The position numbers and the translations under genes are program-made. Positions 26,883 through 36,559 of a DNA stretch of 64,000 nucleotides are shown piece after piece. The DNA comes from Myxococcota bacterium (GTDB lineage Bacteria; Myxococcota_A; UBA9160; UBA6930). The notes beneath the pieces were generated by a model, which saw nothing but the letters and a program-made list of their open reading frames with translations, was not told the origin of the DNA and made no database searches. Each line of letters opens with the position of its first letter. The stretch's first letter is position 1. The stretch lies in the NCBI GenBank assembly GCA_965223415.1, contig OZ245002.1, positions 5,216,001 through 5,280,000 on the forward strand, read 5' to 3'.

Positions 26883-28466
26883 ATGGCCGAGGCCCCCCGC
26901 GCCCCCGAAGAAATCGAGCTGAAGCTCCAGATCGAGGCCGACGACCCGGCACGCGTCCTGGCGCACCCGCTCATCCGGCGCCTCGCCCGGGGCCGGAGCC
27001 AGCGCCGCCGTCTGCGGAGCGTCTACTTCGACACTCCCGAGCTCGCCCTCTACCAGCGCGGACTGGCGGTGCGACTGCGGGACGCCGAGCGCGGGCGAAT
27101 CCAGACGGTGAAGTCGCGGGGGGAGGCCCGTGCCGGGCTCTACCGCCGGGCCGAGGACCAGACCGAGGTGGCGGGCACCTCTCCGGAGCTTTGGGCCATC
27201 ACCGATCCGGAGCTCCGGGCGGCGGTCTACGCCGAGACCGAGGAGCGCGGCCGAACCCTCCATCCGAGCGTCGAGACCGAGGTGCGGCGGGTGACGCGCC
27301 AGCTGATCGCGGGCGAAACGGAGATCGAGCTGGCCCTCGACGTAGGCGAGCTGCGCACCCACCGGGGCGCGGAGCCGATCCGCGAGCTCGAGCTGGAGCT
27401 CGTGCACGGTGATCCGATCGAGCTCTACGACCTCGGCCTGGAGCTCGCAGCGGATCTCCCCCTGCGGCTCTCCACCCAGAGCAAGGCCGAGCGCGGCTTC
27501 GCCAGCCTGCTCGGCCTGACACCGGCTCCGAGCCGCGCCCGCCGGGTCGAGCTGGACGCCGACGCCACCCTCGACGACGCGCTGGCCGCCATCTTCGCCG
27601 AGTGCCTGCGCCAGATCACGGCCAACCTCGAGCCCGCCGCAGAGGGCGCCGACCCGGAGGGCGTCCACCAGCTACGGGTCGCCACCCGTCGCCTTCGCTC
27701 CGCCCTGAGCCTGCTGCGCGCCCAGCTGCCGGCGGAGCTCGGTCGGGAGCTGCGGGACGAGCTGCGGGGGCTGGCGAGCGCGCTCGGTCCCGCCCGCGAC
27801 CTCGACGTCTTCCTGGCCGAGACCCTCGAGCCGATCCTGGCCCTCCAGCCCGCCGAGGCGCACCTGAAGCGGCTGCGCGACGCCGCCCTGGAGGCGCGAG
27901 CCGACGCCTACGATCGCGTCCGCGAGGCGGTGACCTCACCGAGGACGACGCGGCTCCTGCTGCGCCTGGGCCGCACCCTCTCCTCCCGGGCGTGGCGCGA
28001 CCAGCCCCTCTCGCCGGAATCGGCCAGGCTCTTCTCGCCGGCCCGCGCGCACGCCGCCGAGCTGCTCGGCCGACACCACCGCAAGGCCCTGCGTGGCGGT
28101 CGCGATCTCACGCACCGGCCGGTCGAGGATCTCCACCGCCTGCGCATCACGCTGAAGAAGTTGCGCTACCTGGGCGAGTTCTTCGCCGGCCTCTACCCGC
28201 GCAAGCCTGCACGGCGGGTGCTGCGCCGGGCCGCCCGGCTGCAGGACGCCCTCGGGCACCTGAACGACAGCGCCAACGCCGAGGCCCTGCTCTCCCTCGT
28301 GCTGTCGCGGCTGGGCAGCGAGCTGGGCCCCGACCACCACCGGGCCGCCGGCTTCGTGATGGGCTGGATCCAGCGCGGCGGCAGCCAGGAGATCGGGCGC
28401 ATCGAGGCGCGCTGGCGGCGCTTCGCGGCCGCGGCGCCGTTCTGGGTCGATGGCGACGGCCGTTGA
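26883..28466 (+). CDS. CYTH + CHAD domain protein (YgiF-like triphosphatase)
   Basis: EIELKL, YFDT, IQTVK, ELELEL, SKAERG; CHAD motifs VHQLRVATRRLRS, HRLRITLKKLRY, LQDALGHLND. Confidence 0.93.
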   Translation: MAEAPRAPEEIELKLQIEADDPARVLAHPLIRRLARGRSQRRRLRSVYFDTPELALYQRGLAVRLRDAERGRIQTVKSRGEARAGLYRRAEDQTEVAGTSPELWAITDPELRAAVYAETEERGRTLHPSVETEVRRVTRQLIAGETEIELALDVGELRTHRGAEPIRELELELVHGDPIELYDLGLELAADLPLRLSTQSKAERGFASLLGLTPAPSRARRVELDADATLDDALAAIFAECLRQITANLEPAAEGADPEGVHQLRVATRRLRSALSLLRAQLPAELGRELRDELRGLASALGPARDLDVFLAETLEPILALQPAEAHLKRLRDAALEARADAYDRVREAVTSPRTTRLLLRLGRTLSSRAWRDQPLSPESARLFSPARAHAAELLGRHHRKALRGGRDLTHRPVEDLHRLRITLKKLRYLGEFFAGLYPRKPARRVLRRAARLQDALGHLNDSANAEALLSLVLSRLGSELGPDHHRAAGFVMGWIQRGGSQEIGRIEARWRRFAAAAPFWVDGDGR

Positions 28467-28497
28467 GCCGGCGATCGGTGCGACGAGTCGGGCTCCG

Positions 28498-29289
28498 ATG
28501 AAGACCACGCGACGCGGTCACCGCCTGGCGCCCTCCCTGGCGGACGTCGACCTGGACGTCTCCCTCGGGCGGGAGGCCTACGAGCGACGGCTCGCCCGCG
28601 GGCAGCTCCGGCTCCTCTACCTCCAGCGCCATCTCCTGGAGACCGGGAACCGCGCCGTCTTCGTCTTCGAGGGCTGGGACGCCGCCGGCAAGGGCGGCGC
28701 GATCCGGCGCCTGACCGAGAAGCTGGATCCGCGCAGCGTCCGCGTGCATCCCATCGGCGCACCGGACCTGCTCGACCACGGGCGCCACTACCTCCACCGC
28801 TTCTGGGCGCGCTTGCCCCGGGCGGGACGGCTCGTGATCTTCGACCGCAGCTGGTACGGACGAGTCCTCGTGGAGCGGGTCGAGCGACTGTGCACGCCTG
28901 CCGAGTGGCAACGAGCGTACGCAGAGATCGAGGACTTCGAGCAGCTGCTGATCCACGACGGAGTCCCGATCCTGAAGTTCTTCCTGCACATCTCCAAGCG
29001 CGAGCAGCTGAAGCGCTTCCGCGAGCGCGAGAAGGACCCGTTCAAGCGCTGGAAGATCACGCCGGACGACTGGCGCAACCGCGAGAAGTGGGCGGCCTAT
29101 CGCAAGGCAACGGACGAGATGCTGGCGCGCACCCACACTCGCCTCTCCCCCTGGCACGTGGTGGCCGGGGAGAGCAAGAAGCACGCCCGCATCCAGGTGA
29201 TCGAGACCACCATCGAGCGGCTCGGACACGCCTTCGGCGTGGACACGGAGCGGCTGCCGCCGGCCTGGCGCGCGAAGGACCGGGCGTGA
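28498..29289 (+). CDS. ppk2: Polyphosphate kinase 2 family protein
   Basis: FEGWDAAGKGG, FDRSWYGRVLVERVE, KFFLHIS, WKITPDDWRNR. Confidence 0.93.
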   Translation: MKTTRRGHRLAPSLADVDLDVSLGREAYERRLARGQLRLLYLQRHLLETGNRAVFVFEGWDAAGKGGAIRRLTEKLDPRSVRVHPIGAPDLLDHGRHYLHRFWARLPRAGRLVIFDRSWYGRVLVERVERLCTPAEWQRAYAEIEDFEQLLIHDGVPILKFFLHISKREQLKRFREREKDPFKRWKITPDDWRNREKWAAYRKATDEMLARTHTRLSPWHVVAGESKKHARIQVIETTIERLGHAFGVDTERLPPAWRAKDRA

Positions 29290-29816
29290 GCGCGAAGCGA
29301 GTGCTCCTGTGGCGCCACGCGAAGGCCTCGGCCGGCGATCCCCGGCAGGAAGACGCGGAGCGTGTGCTCGCGCCGCGGGGCGAGCGCAACGCGGCCACGG
29401 TGGCGGGGCGGCTGCTGACCGAGCCGCCGGGACTCGTCCTGTGCTCGCCGGCCGTGCGCGCCCGCCAGACCCTCGCCGCCGCCGAAGCGGGCTGGGCGAA
29501 GCGGCCGGAGCTGCGCGTCGAGCCGGGGCTCTACCTGGCGGACCCCCTCGCCCTGCTGGAGCGCCTGGCGCGGATCGAGGAGGACACGGACGACGTGCTG
29601 ATGGTGGGCCACAACCCGGGCCTCGAACTGCTCGTGCGGCTGCTCGTCAGCAACGGTGAGCCAGCGGCGCTCGCGGGCTTTGCCGAGGGATTCAAGACCG
29701 GCGCGCTCGCAGACCTGCGGCTCGAGGTCGCGCTCTGGCGCGAGGTCGGCGCCGGTTGCGGCTACCTGCGCGCCTTCGACCGCCCGCGGGATCTCGAGGC
29801 GGCCGAGGCCCCTTGA
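29286..29816 (+). CDS. sixA: SixA-like phosphohistidine phosphatase
   Basis: LWRHAKA, CSPAVRARQT, MVGHNPG; GTGA overlap with ppk2. Confidence 0.88.
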   Translation: MSAKRVLLWRHAKASAGDPRQEDAERVLAPRGERNAATVAGRLLTEPPGLVLCSPAVRARQTLAAAEAGWAKRPELRVEPGLYLADPLALLERLARIEEDTDDVLMVGHNPGLELLVRLLVSNGEPAALAGFAEGFKTGALADLRLEVALWREVGAGCGYLRAFDRPRDLEAAEAP

Positions 29817-31168
29817 ACCGCAGCGTTCACCTGTACCGGAACGCGCGGGCGGTGCGCCGGGTGGCCTGGAACGGTCCGGAGGCCCTGCGCCCGTTGGCCT
29901 CGGAAGGCCTTCGCCAAGCGCGCCGCATCGGGCGCGAGGGCCCGCCGGAGATCGCCGCCATCTGGACCAGTCCGGCCCTGCGCTGCCGGCAGACCGTCGA
30001 GCCCCTGGCCCGGCGCCTCGGCCTGCCCGTCCGGGTGTGCGACGTCCTCGCCAAGGGCGGGGACCCCGGCAAGGCCTCGGCGCGAGTACGCAGTGCCACC
30101 CAGGAGCGACCGCTCCTGTGCTGCACCCACACGGACCTGGAGGCGGCCCTCGCGGCCCAGCTCGAGGACGACGGCGTGGCGATCGTGCGCTGGCCGCGGA
30201 CACCGGAGCCCGGCCCCGACGAGGTCCACCGGATCGGCGTGCTCGACCTGGGCAGCACGTCGTTCCATCTGCTGGTGGCAGATGCGACGCCCAGCGGTCA
30301 CATCCGCCCGGTCGACCGGGAGCGGGTGCAGCTCCGGCTGGGCGCGGTGATCGCGACCCGGGACGCCATCCCCGGTGAGGTCTTCGATCGCGCCGTCCGC
30401 ACCGCCGAGACCCTGCGCGCCGAGGCGGATGCCCTCGGGACCGAGACCCTGATCCCCGTCGGCACGGCCGCGTTGCGGGAGGCGACCAACGGCGAGGCCC
30501 TCGCCCGCGCCCTCGGCGACGCGATCGGCGCGCCGATCCGCCTGCTCTCCGGCGCGGAGGAGGCGCGCACCATCTTCCGCGCCTTCCAGCGCCGCGTGCT
30601 GCTGCCGCACGATCCAGTGCTCGGCGTGGACCTCGGCGGCGGGAGCCTGGAGCTCGTCGTCGGCGACGAGGATGCGGTGCGCTTCGAGGCCACGCTCCGC
30701 CTCGGGGCGGCGCGGCTCCACAGCCAGCTCGTGGCCACGGACCCGATGCGCAAGCGCGAGCTGCGGGCCGTGGCCGAGCGGGTCCATGAGCACCTGGATC
30801 CCCTGCGCGAATCGCTCCTCGAGCGGCCCCCCCGGGCCGCCGTGGCCACCGGCGGAAGCGCCCGCGCACTGGGCCAGCTGGCCCTCGGCCTGCGCGGCCG
30901 GCCTCCGGCATCCCATGTGAACGAGCTCGAGCTCTCGCTCGCAGAGCTGCGAGAAATCAGCGAAATCCTGATTCACTCCACTTATGAGGAGCGGCTCGCC
31001 CTGCCCGGCATCCGGCGCCGGCGCGCGGACCTCTTGCCCACCGCGGCCCTGATCCTGCTGGTGCTGGCGGAGGCCCTCGCCCTGGACGCCTACACCCTCT
31101 GCGACTGGGGCCTGCGCGAGGGCGTGATCCTGGCCCACCTCGAGGCCGCGACCGCCGGAGCGGCCTAG
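29813..31168 (+). CDS. ppx: Histidine-phosphatase-like domain fused to Ppx/GppA exopolyphosphatase
   Basis: N-terminal LYRNA...RPL...TSPALRCRQTVEPL. C-terminal DLGSTSFHL, TAALREATN, SGAEEAR, DLGGGSLE, RADL, GLREG. TTGA overlap with sixA. Confidence 0.88.
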   Translation: MNRSVHLYRNARAVRRVAWNGPEALRPLASEGLRQARRIGREGPPEIAAIWTSPALRCRQTVEPLARRLGLPVRVCDVLAKGGDPGKASARVRSATQERPLLCCTHTDLEAALAAQLEDDGVAIVRWPRTPEPGPDEVHRIGVLDLGSTSFHLLVADATPSGHIRPVDRERVQLRLGAVIATRDAIPGEVFDRAVRTAETLRAEADALGTETLIPVGTAALREATNGEALARALGDAIGAPIRLLSGAEEARTIFRAFQRRVLLPHDPVLGVDLGGGSLELVVGDEDAVRFEATLRLGAARLHSQLVATDPMRKRELRAVAERVHEHLDPLRESLLERPPRAAVATGGSARALGQLALGLRGRPPASHVNELELSLAELREISEILIHSTYEERLALPGIRRRRADLLPTAALILLVLAEALALDAYTLCDWGLREGVILAHLEAATAGAA

Positions 31169-31965
31169 CGAGGCAGCCGGACCGGATCCTCCCCGCCCTG
31201 GATGCGCCGCTCGAGCTCCTCCAGGTCCAGGTCCTCGGCGCGGACGGTGAGGCCCACCCGGATCCAATCGAACACGAGGCGGGTCTCCGCCAAGGTGATC
31301 TCGTCCCGGAAGGCGAGCCGGGTCGGGAAGGGATGACCGGCGAAGGCCTCGACCCCGTCGAAGCGCAGCTCGCGGATGCGGGCCTGGGTGTGGTCGTACA
31401 CGTCGACGACGGCGGGCAGGCGTGTGCTGGGATCGACGTGGGTGACAACGCGCCCGTAGTAGTGGTACGGCGGGCTCGAGAGCGCCACCAGCTCACGGCC
31501 GTCTCGCTCGGTACGGCGAGCGCTGCCGGCCTTGCGGGTGCGCAGGTCCGTGAAGCCCAGGTCTTCGAGCCGGAAATGGGTGCCGGCGAACACCTCGGTG
31601 CCCTTCAGTCCGCGCATGCGCACGAAGCGCTGGAAGCGCACGTCCCAGCTCCAGCTCGCGAGTTCGCCCCCGTCCGGGGATTCGATCTTGAGCACGCCGG
31701 GCGCCGGCGTTCCCTCCTCCCGCATTTCCACGACGGCGACGAGGCGTCCGGGGCGGCTCTGGCGCAGCAGCTCGATCTCGAAGCGGCGCTCGGAGCCGGT
31801 CTCGTCCTTGGTCCAGGCGGCGATGTGTGCGCCCATGGTCTCCCCCGGGCGCAGCGCCGTGACCATCTTCTCGATCCACGGCGCGGGCTCGAGCGGCGTC
31901 TCGGCGCGGCCTCCCTGGGGTGCGAGCGCCAGGAGCGCTGCGCCGATCCAACCGATGCGTCCCAC
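31165..31965 (-). CDS. LolA-like outer-membrane lipoprotein-sorting family protein
   Basis: Signal peptide from GTG 31965 (GGAGG RBS); RFVRM...FAGTHFRLEDL motif. Confidence 0.7.
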   Translation of the reverse strand: MGRIGWIGAALLALAPQGGRAETPLEPAPWIEKMVTALRPGETMGAHIAAWTKDETGSERRFEIELLRQSRPGRLVAVVEMREEGTPAPGVLKIESPDGGELASWSWDVRFQRFVRMRGLKGTEVFAGTHFRLEDLGFTDLRTRKAGSARRTERDGRELVALSSPPYHYYGRVVTHVDPSTRLPAVVDVYDHTQARIRELRFDGVEAFAGHPFPTRLAFRDEITLAETRLVFDWIRVGLTVRAEDLDLEELERRIQGGEDPVRLPR

Positions 31966-32030
31966 GTCGTCCTCCGGGCCGGAAGGGTAAGCCTGCTCTA
32001 CCATCGCCGCCCGCCTGCAAGGAGAGCGCG

Positions 32031-33206
32031 ATGGACCTGCACTTCACCGAGGACCAGCTCCGCTTCCAGCGCGACGTGCGCGAGTGGATCGCCGCCAACC
32101 TGGAGCGCCCCTGGAGTGCCGAGCTGCGCGATCCGAAGCACGACCCGGATTCCCTGGTCGAGGTGCGCCGGGCCTGGCAGCGCAAGCTGCACGGCGCCGG
32201 CTTCCTCGGCATGGGCTGGCCCGAGGAGTGGGGCGGCCGGGGCGCCACCGAGGTGGAGAGCGCCCTCTTCGAGGCCGAGCTGGCGCGAGCCGACGCGCCG
32301 GCCATCCCGAACTCCCTCGGCATCGGGCTCCTGGGCCCGGCCCTCATCCACCACGGCAGCGAGGAGCAGCGCCGCCGCTTCATCCCACCCATGCTCAGTG
32401 CCGACGAGATCTGGTGTCAGGGCTTCAGCGAGCCGGGCTCCGGAAGCGACCTGGCCTCGCTTCGCACCCGCGCCGAGCCGGACGGCGACGACTACCGCAT
32501 CACCGGCCAGAAGGTCTGGACCACCTTCGGCCCCTGGGCGAACTGGATCTTCGTGCTCGCCCGCACCGACCTCGAGGACCGCTACGGCGGCATCTCCTTC
32601 TTCCTCGTGCCGATCGAGCAGGAGGGCGTCGAGGTGCGCGGCATCCGCCAGATCACCGGGGAGAGCGAGTTCGGCGAGGTGTTCTTCGACGGCGCCCTGG
32701 CGAGGCGCGAGCACCTGGTGGGCAAGCCCGGCGAGGGCTGGCGGATCGCCATGACCGTGCTCGGCTACGAGCGCGGGGCCACGACCCTGGCCAACCCGGC
32801 CCAGAACGACGGCTACCTGCGCGACCTGATCGAGGGCCTCGCCGCCCGCGGCGACCTCCCGCGCGCCGACGTGCGCGAGACCCTGGGCCGGCTCGTGGTC
32901 GAGAACGAAGTGCTGCGGGCCAACGGGCTGCGCACCCTCGCCAACCTGGCCTCCGGCGCCGCGCCGGGTCCGGAATCGTCGATCGACAAGATCTTCTGGT
33001 CCGAGTACGCGAAGCGGCAATCGGACGCGGCCCTCGACCTGCTCGGGCCCCAGGCCCAGCTGCTGGCCCGATCTCCAGGCGCCCGCCCGGCCGTGGACTG
33101 GGCCTACGCCCACCTCTGGGATCGGGCCGGGACGATCTACTCGGGCTCCTCGGAGATCCAGCGCAACATCATCGCCAAGCGCGTGCTGGCGATGCCGACG
33201 AAGTAG
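32031..33206 (+). CDS. Acyl-CoA dehydrogenase (alpha-type subunit)
   Basis: WCQGFSEPGSGSDLASL, GQKVWTT, TIYSGSSEIQRNIIA. Confidence 0.95.
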   Translation: MDLHFTEDQLRFQRDVREWIAANLERPWSAELRDPKHDPDSLVEVRRAWQRKLHGAGFLGMGWPEEWGGRGATEVESALFEAELARADAPAIPNSLGIGLLGPALIHHGSEEQRRRFIPPMLSADEIWCQGFSEPGSGSDLASLRTRAEPDGDDYRITGQKVWTTFGPWANWIFVLARTDLEDRYGGISFFLVPIEQEGVEVRGIRQITGESEFGEVFFDGALARREHLVGKPGEGWRIAMTVLGYERGATTLANPAQNDGYLRDLIEGLAARGDLPRADVRETLGRLVVENEVLRANGLRTLANLASGAAPGPESSIDKIFWSEYAKRQSDAALDLLGPQAQLLARSPGARPAVDWAYAHLWDRAGTIYSGSSEIQRNIIAKRVLAMPTK

Positions 33207-33220
33207 AGGGGGGAGATCCG

Positions 33221-34300
33221 ATGCAGTTCGAGCTCGACGACGATCGCGCCCTCCTGCGCAGCTCCACCCGGGAGCTGCTCGAGGCGGAGGCCGATCTCGC
33301 GGAGAGCCGCGGTCTGATGGAGGACTCGGCGGAGGGCTACTCGAAGGCCTTCCACGCCCAGCTGGCCGAGCTGGGCTACCTGGGCCTCCTGCTCACGGAG
33401 GAGGAAGGCGGCGCCGGCATGGGCGCCGTCGGTCTGGCTGCGGTCCTGGCCGAGATGGGTCGGGTGGCCCTTCCCGGCCCCTTCCTCGAGGCGGTCCAGG
33501 CCGTGGAGCTGCTGCGCCGCTGCGAAGACGACGTCGCGCGCAGCTGGTGCCAGCGCATCGTGGCCGGTGAGGGGCTCGTGGTCTTGGCGGAGCGCGAGGC
33601 CACGGAGGGCGCCGCTCATGGGGCGCCCGAGACGACCTTCGGCGACGGCCGCGTCCGCGGGAGCAAGACCTTCGTCCCGTTCGGCGCCCAGGCGGACGCC
33701 CTGCTGGTGACCACCAGGGACGGCGTCGTGCTGGTGGAACGACCCGACGCGGGCTTCGAGGCCACCGCCCTCCCCACCCTCGACCACGCCCAACGCTTCG
33801 CAGCCATCGCCCTCGACGGGCCCGGGCTGCGGCTGGCCGGCGACACCGCCTCGGCGCTCGACGCGGCCCGGCAGGTCGGCACCCTCGGCGCGGCCGCGCA
33901 GCTCTTCGGTCTGATGGAGCGGGCCCTCGAGCTGACCCTCGCCTACACGGCGGAGCGCGAAGCTTTCGGTGCGCCGATCGCGAGCTTCCAAGCCCTGCAG
34001 CACCGGGCCGCGGACATGCTGCTGAAGACGGAGAGCTCCCGCGCGGCGGTGTTCCGCGCGGCCTGGGCCGTGGACGCGGGGCTCCCGGAGGCGGCGTACC
34101 TGGTGGCGGTGGCGAAGGCCTGGGCAGGCGACGCTGCCAGGCTCGTGTGCGGCGAAGCCATCCAGATGCACGGCGGGGTGGGTTTCACCTGGGAGTACGA
34201 TCCCCACGTGTTCTACAAGCGCGTCAAGACCCTCGAGGCCTTCCACGGCTCCACCCGGGAGCAGGTGGAGCGGGCCCTCGAGCTGGCACCCCAGGCCTAG
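33221..34300 (+). CDS. Acyl-CoA dehydrogenase (short beta-type subunit)
   Basis: REAFGAPIASFQALQHRAAD and IQMHGGVGFTWEYD; lacks the canonical N-terminal FAD motif. Confidence 0.92.
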   Translation: MQFELDDDRALLRSSTRELLEAEADLAESRGLMEDSAEGYSKAFHAQLAELGYLGLLLTEEEGGAGMGAVGLAAVLAEMGRVALPGPFLEAVQAVELLRRCEDDVARSWCQRIVAGEGLVVLAEREATEGAAHGAPETTFGDGRVRGSKTFVPFGAQADALLVTTRDGVVLVERPDAGFEATALPTLDHAQRFAAIALDGPGLRLAGDTASALDAARQVGTLGAAAQLFGLMERALELTLAYTAEREAFGAPIASFQALQHRAADMLLKTESSRAAVFRAAWAVDAGLPEAAYLVAVAKAWAGDAARLVCGEAIQMHGGVGFTWEYDPHVFYKRVKTLEAFHGSTREQVERALELAPQA

Positions 34301-34686
34301 TGCAGGATCGGCCCACGGCCGCCGAGCTGCTCGAAGCGATCGCCGACCTGCTGGAGCAGCAGGTGCTCCCGGCGACCGACGGGCCCCTGCGCCATCAGGT
34401 GCGCGTCGCCGGCAACCTGTGTCGCATCCTCGAGCGCGAGGCGCGGCTGGGCGGCCCCCAGGAAGAACGCGAGATCGCCCTCCTGCGCGAGGTGATCGCC
34501 GAACCGACCGGCGCCGACGATGCGGCGAGCCTGACCGAGCAGCTCGCCCGCGCGCTGGCGGAGGACGAGGACCCGGAGCTCGAGGCGCGCGCGTGGCCCG
34601 CCCTGCTCGAGATCGTTCGCGGCAAGCTCGCGGTCGCGAAGCCGGCCCACGACGCGTGGACCTTCGAGGGGGAGATCCCGGAGTGA
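34300..34686 (+). CDS. DUF6285/LvaB-like small protein
   Basis: VQDRPTAAELLEAI...RVAGNLCRILERE...KLAVAKP; translationally coupled on both sides. Confidence 0.75.
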   Translation: MQDRPTAAELLEAIADLLEQQVLPATDGPLRHQVRVAGNLCRILEREARLGGPQEEREIALLREVIAEPTGADDAASLTEQLARALAEDEDPELEARAWPALLEIVRGKLAVAKPAHDAWTFEGEIPE

Positions 34687-35693
34687 GCCCGGAGGACCTG
34701 GCCGCCGGACTCGCCCGGGCGCTCGGCGAGCGCTGGCAGACCCCGGTCGACGTGAAGCTGGTCGGCGTCGCCTCCGCCGGCGCGCGGCGGCGCAACGTGC
34801 TCTTCGATGCGAGCCGGGCCGGCGAGACCCTGCCGCTCGTGGCGACGATCATCCCGAGCCGCGCCATGCAGGTGATGGACATCGCGGTGGAGGCGGCGAG
34901 CCTGCGCCTCGCCTTCGAGGCGGGCATGCCGGTGCCCGAGCTCCACGGCGTGTGGGAGGACGATGCCCACGTCGGCGGGCCCTTCTTCGTGACCACGCGC
35001 ATCGAGGGCGAGACGATCCCGCGCCGCATCCTGCGCCTGGTCGAGGCGGACCCGACCCTGGGCCCGCAGCTGGCCCGCCAATGCGGCAAGGCCCTGGCCC
35101 GGCTCCACGGAGCGGACCCGGCCGCCGCCCACCCCGATCTCGCGCGGCCCGCCGCCGGCAGCGACCCCATCGCCCAGGCCCTCCTCGGGTTGGAAGCCCT
35201 CGTCCGCGAGCTCCTCCAGCCGTCGCCGAGCTTCTCCCTGGGCCTGCGTTGGCTCGAGCGCCACGCGCCGCCGCCCCCTGCCGCGCCGACCCTCGTCCAC
35301 GGCGATTTCCGCAACGGCAACCTGATCGTCGCGCCCGATGGCCTGCGGGCAGCCCTCGACTGGGAGTTGACCCATCTCGGCGACCCGATGCGCGATCCCG
35401 CCTGGCTCTGCCAGCGCATGTGGCGCTTCCGGAACGACGCCCTCGAGGTCGGGGGCTTCGGCGACCGCGCGTCGCTTCGGGAAGGCTACGAGGCGGCGGG
35501 TGGCACCTGGCGGGACGACGCCTTCCACTGGTGGAAGGTCCACGGCACCCTCAGCTGGGGCCTGGGTCTAGCGAGCCAGGCGAAGGCGCACCTGGACGGC
35601 AGCGTGCCCTCCATCATCATGGCCGCCAGCGGCCGCCGGGTGGCAGAGCTCGAGTACGACCTGCTGATGCTGATCCAGCGAGACTACCGTTAG
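34683..35693 (+). CDS. APH-family phosphotransferase (LvaA/ACAD10-kinase-like)
   Basis: VHGDFRNGN, LDWELTHLGDP, WRF, GRRVAELEYDL. Confidence 0.9.
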   Translation: MSPEDLAAGLARALGERWQTPVDVKLVGVASAGARRRNVLFDASRAGETLPLVATIIPSRAMQVMDIAVEAASLRLAFEAGMPVPELHGVWEDDAHVGGPFFVTTRIEGETIPRRILRLVEADPTLGPQLARQCGKALARLHGADPAAAHPDLARPAAGSDPIAQALLGLEALVRELLQPSPSFSLGLRWLERHAPPPPAAPTLVHGDFRNGNLIVAPDGLRAALDWELTHLGDPMRDPAWLCQRMWRFRNDALEVGGFGDRASLREGYEAAGGTWRDDAFHWWKVHGTLSWGLGLASQAKAHLDGSVPSIIMAASGRRVAELEYDLLMLIQRDYR

Positions 35694-36559
35694 GCGGGCG
35701 CGGTCCGCCGGGGCTGCGTCCCCCGCGCCTGCGCCAGCACCCGGCGCGCGGCCTCGGCGCAGCGCTGCGCCGCCTCGCCCGGGGGAAGCGCGTGGAGCTC
35801 CTTCGAGAACACCTCCACGCCGATCGGCGCGTCGGCACCGATCCGGTCGAGGCTGCGGATCACGTTGGCGATCGGGATGTCGCCCTCGCCGGGGAGCCGC
35901 CGCGCCTCCATCGTCTCCACCAGCAGATCGTCCGCCGCGGCGCTCGGGGCGTCGTTGAGCTGCACGCCGCCCACCCGTGCGCCGGGCAGCGCCTCGAGTT
36001 GGGCGAGGTCGGAGGGCCCGCGGAACCAGTGCCAGGTATCGACCATCACCGTCCCGTTGGCACGCCCGGCCCGCCGCACGAGCTCCTGGGCCGCGGCCAC
36101 GTCGGGGATGCCCGACCAGGGGAGGAACTCGATCGTCACCAGCAGGCCGTGCTCCTTCGCCCGATCGCACACACCCGCGAAGGCCTCCGCCCCGGCATCC
36201 AGATCCAGGCTCGCGCCCAGGCCCTGGGCCAGGTTCAGCGAGCGCGCACCCAGCGCCTCGGCGATCTCGTAGAAGTCCGCCTCGACCGCGTCGGCGTACG
36301 GACCGGGGTCGACGCCCGCGGTGGCTTCCGGCGGGAGCCAGGTGAGGAGCGGATCCAGGTCGGCGACGACCAGGCCGTGATCGTCCAGCCGCGCCCGGAT
36401 CTCCGCGGCGTCGTGTCCCGCAGCCCGGGCGCCCCGCCAGTCCTGGGGCCAGACCGTGATGGCCTGGAAGCCGGCGGCCGCGGCGGCCTCGATCATTTCG
36501 ACCAGACCGGTCTGCAGGAGGCTCCCGGAGCAGAGCACGAGGTCGTCGCGGGTGAGCAT
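35690..36559 (-). CDS. Sugar phosphate isomerase/epimerase (AP-endonuclease-2 TIM barrel)
   Basis: IEFLPW, VDTWHW, QLND, RRLPGEG, VEVFS. Confidence 0.88.
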   Translation of the reverse strand: MLTRDDLVLCSGSLLQTGLVEMIEAAAAAGFQAITVWPQDWRGARAAGHDAAEIRARLDDHGLVVADLDPLLTWLPPEATAGVDPGPYADAVEADFYEIAEALGARSLNLAQGLGASLDLDAGAEAFAGVCDRAKEHGLLVTIEFLPWSGIPDVAAAQELVRRAGRANGTVMVDTWHWFRGPSDLAQLEALPGARVGGVQLNDAPSAAADDLLVETMEARRLPGEGDIPIANVIRSLDRIGADAPIGVEVFSKELHALPPGEAAQRCAEAARRVLAQARGTQPRRTAPA

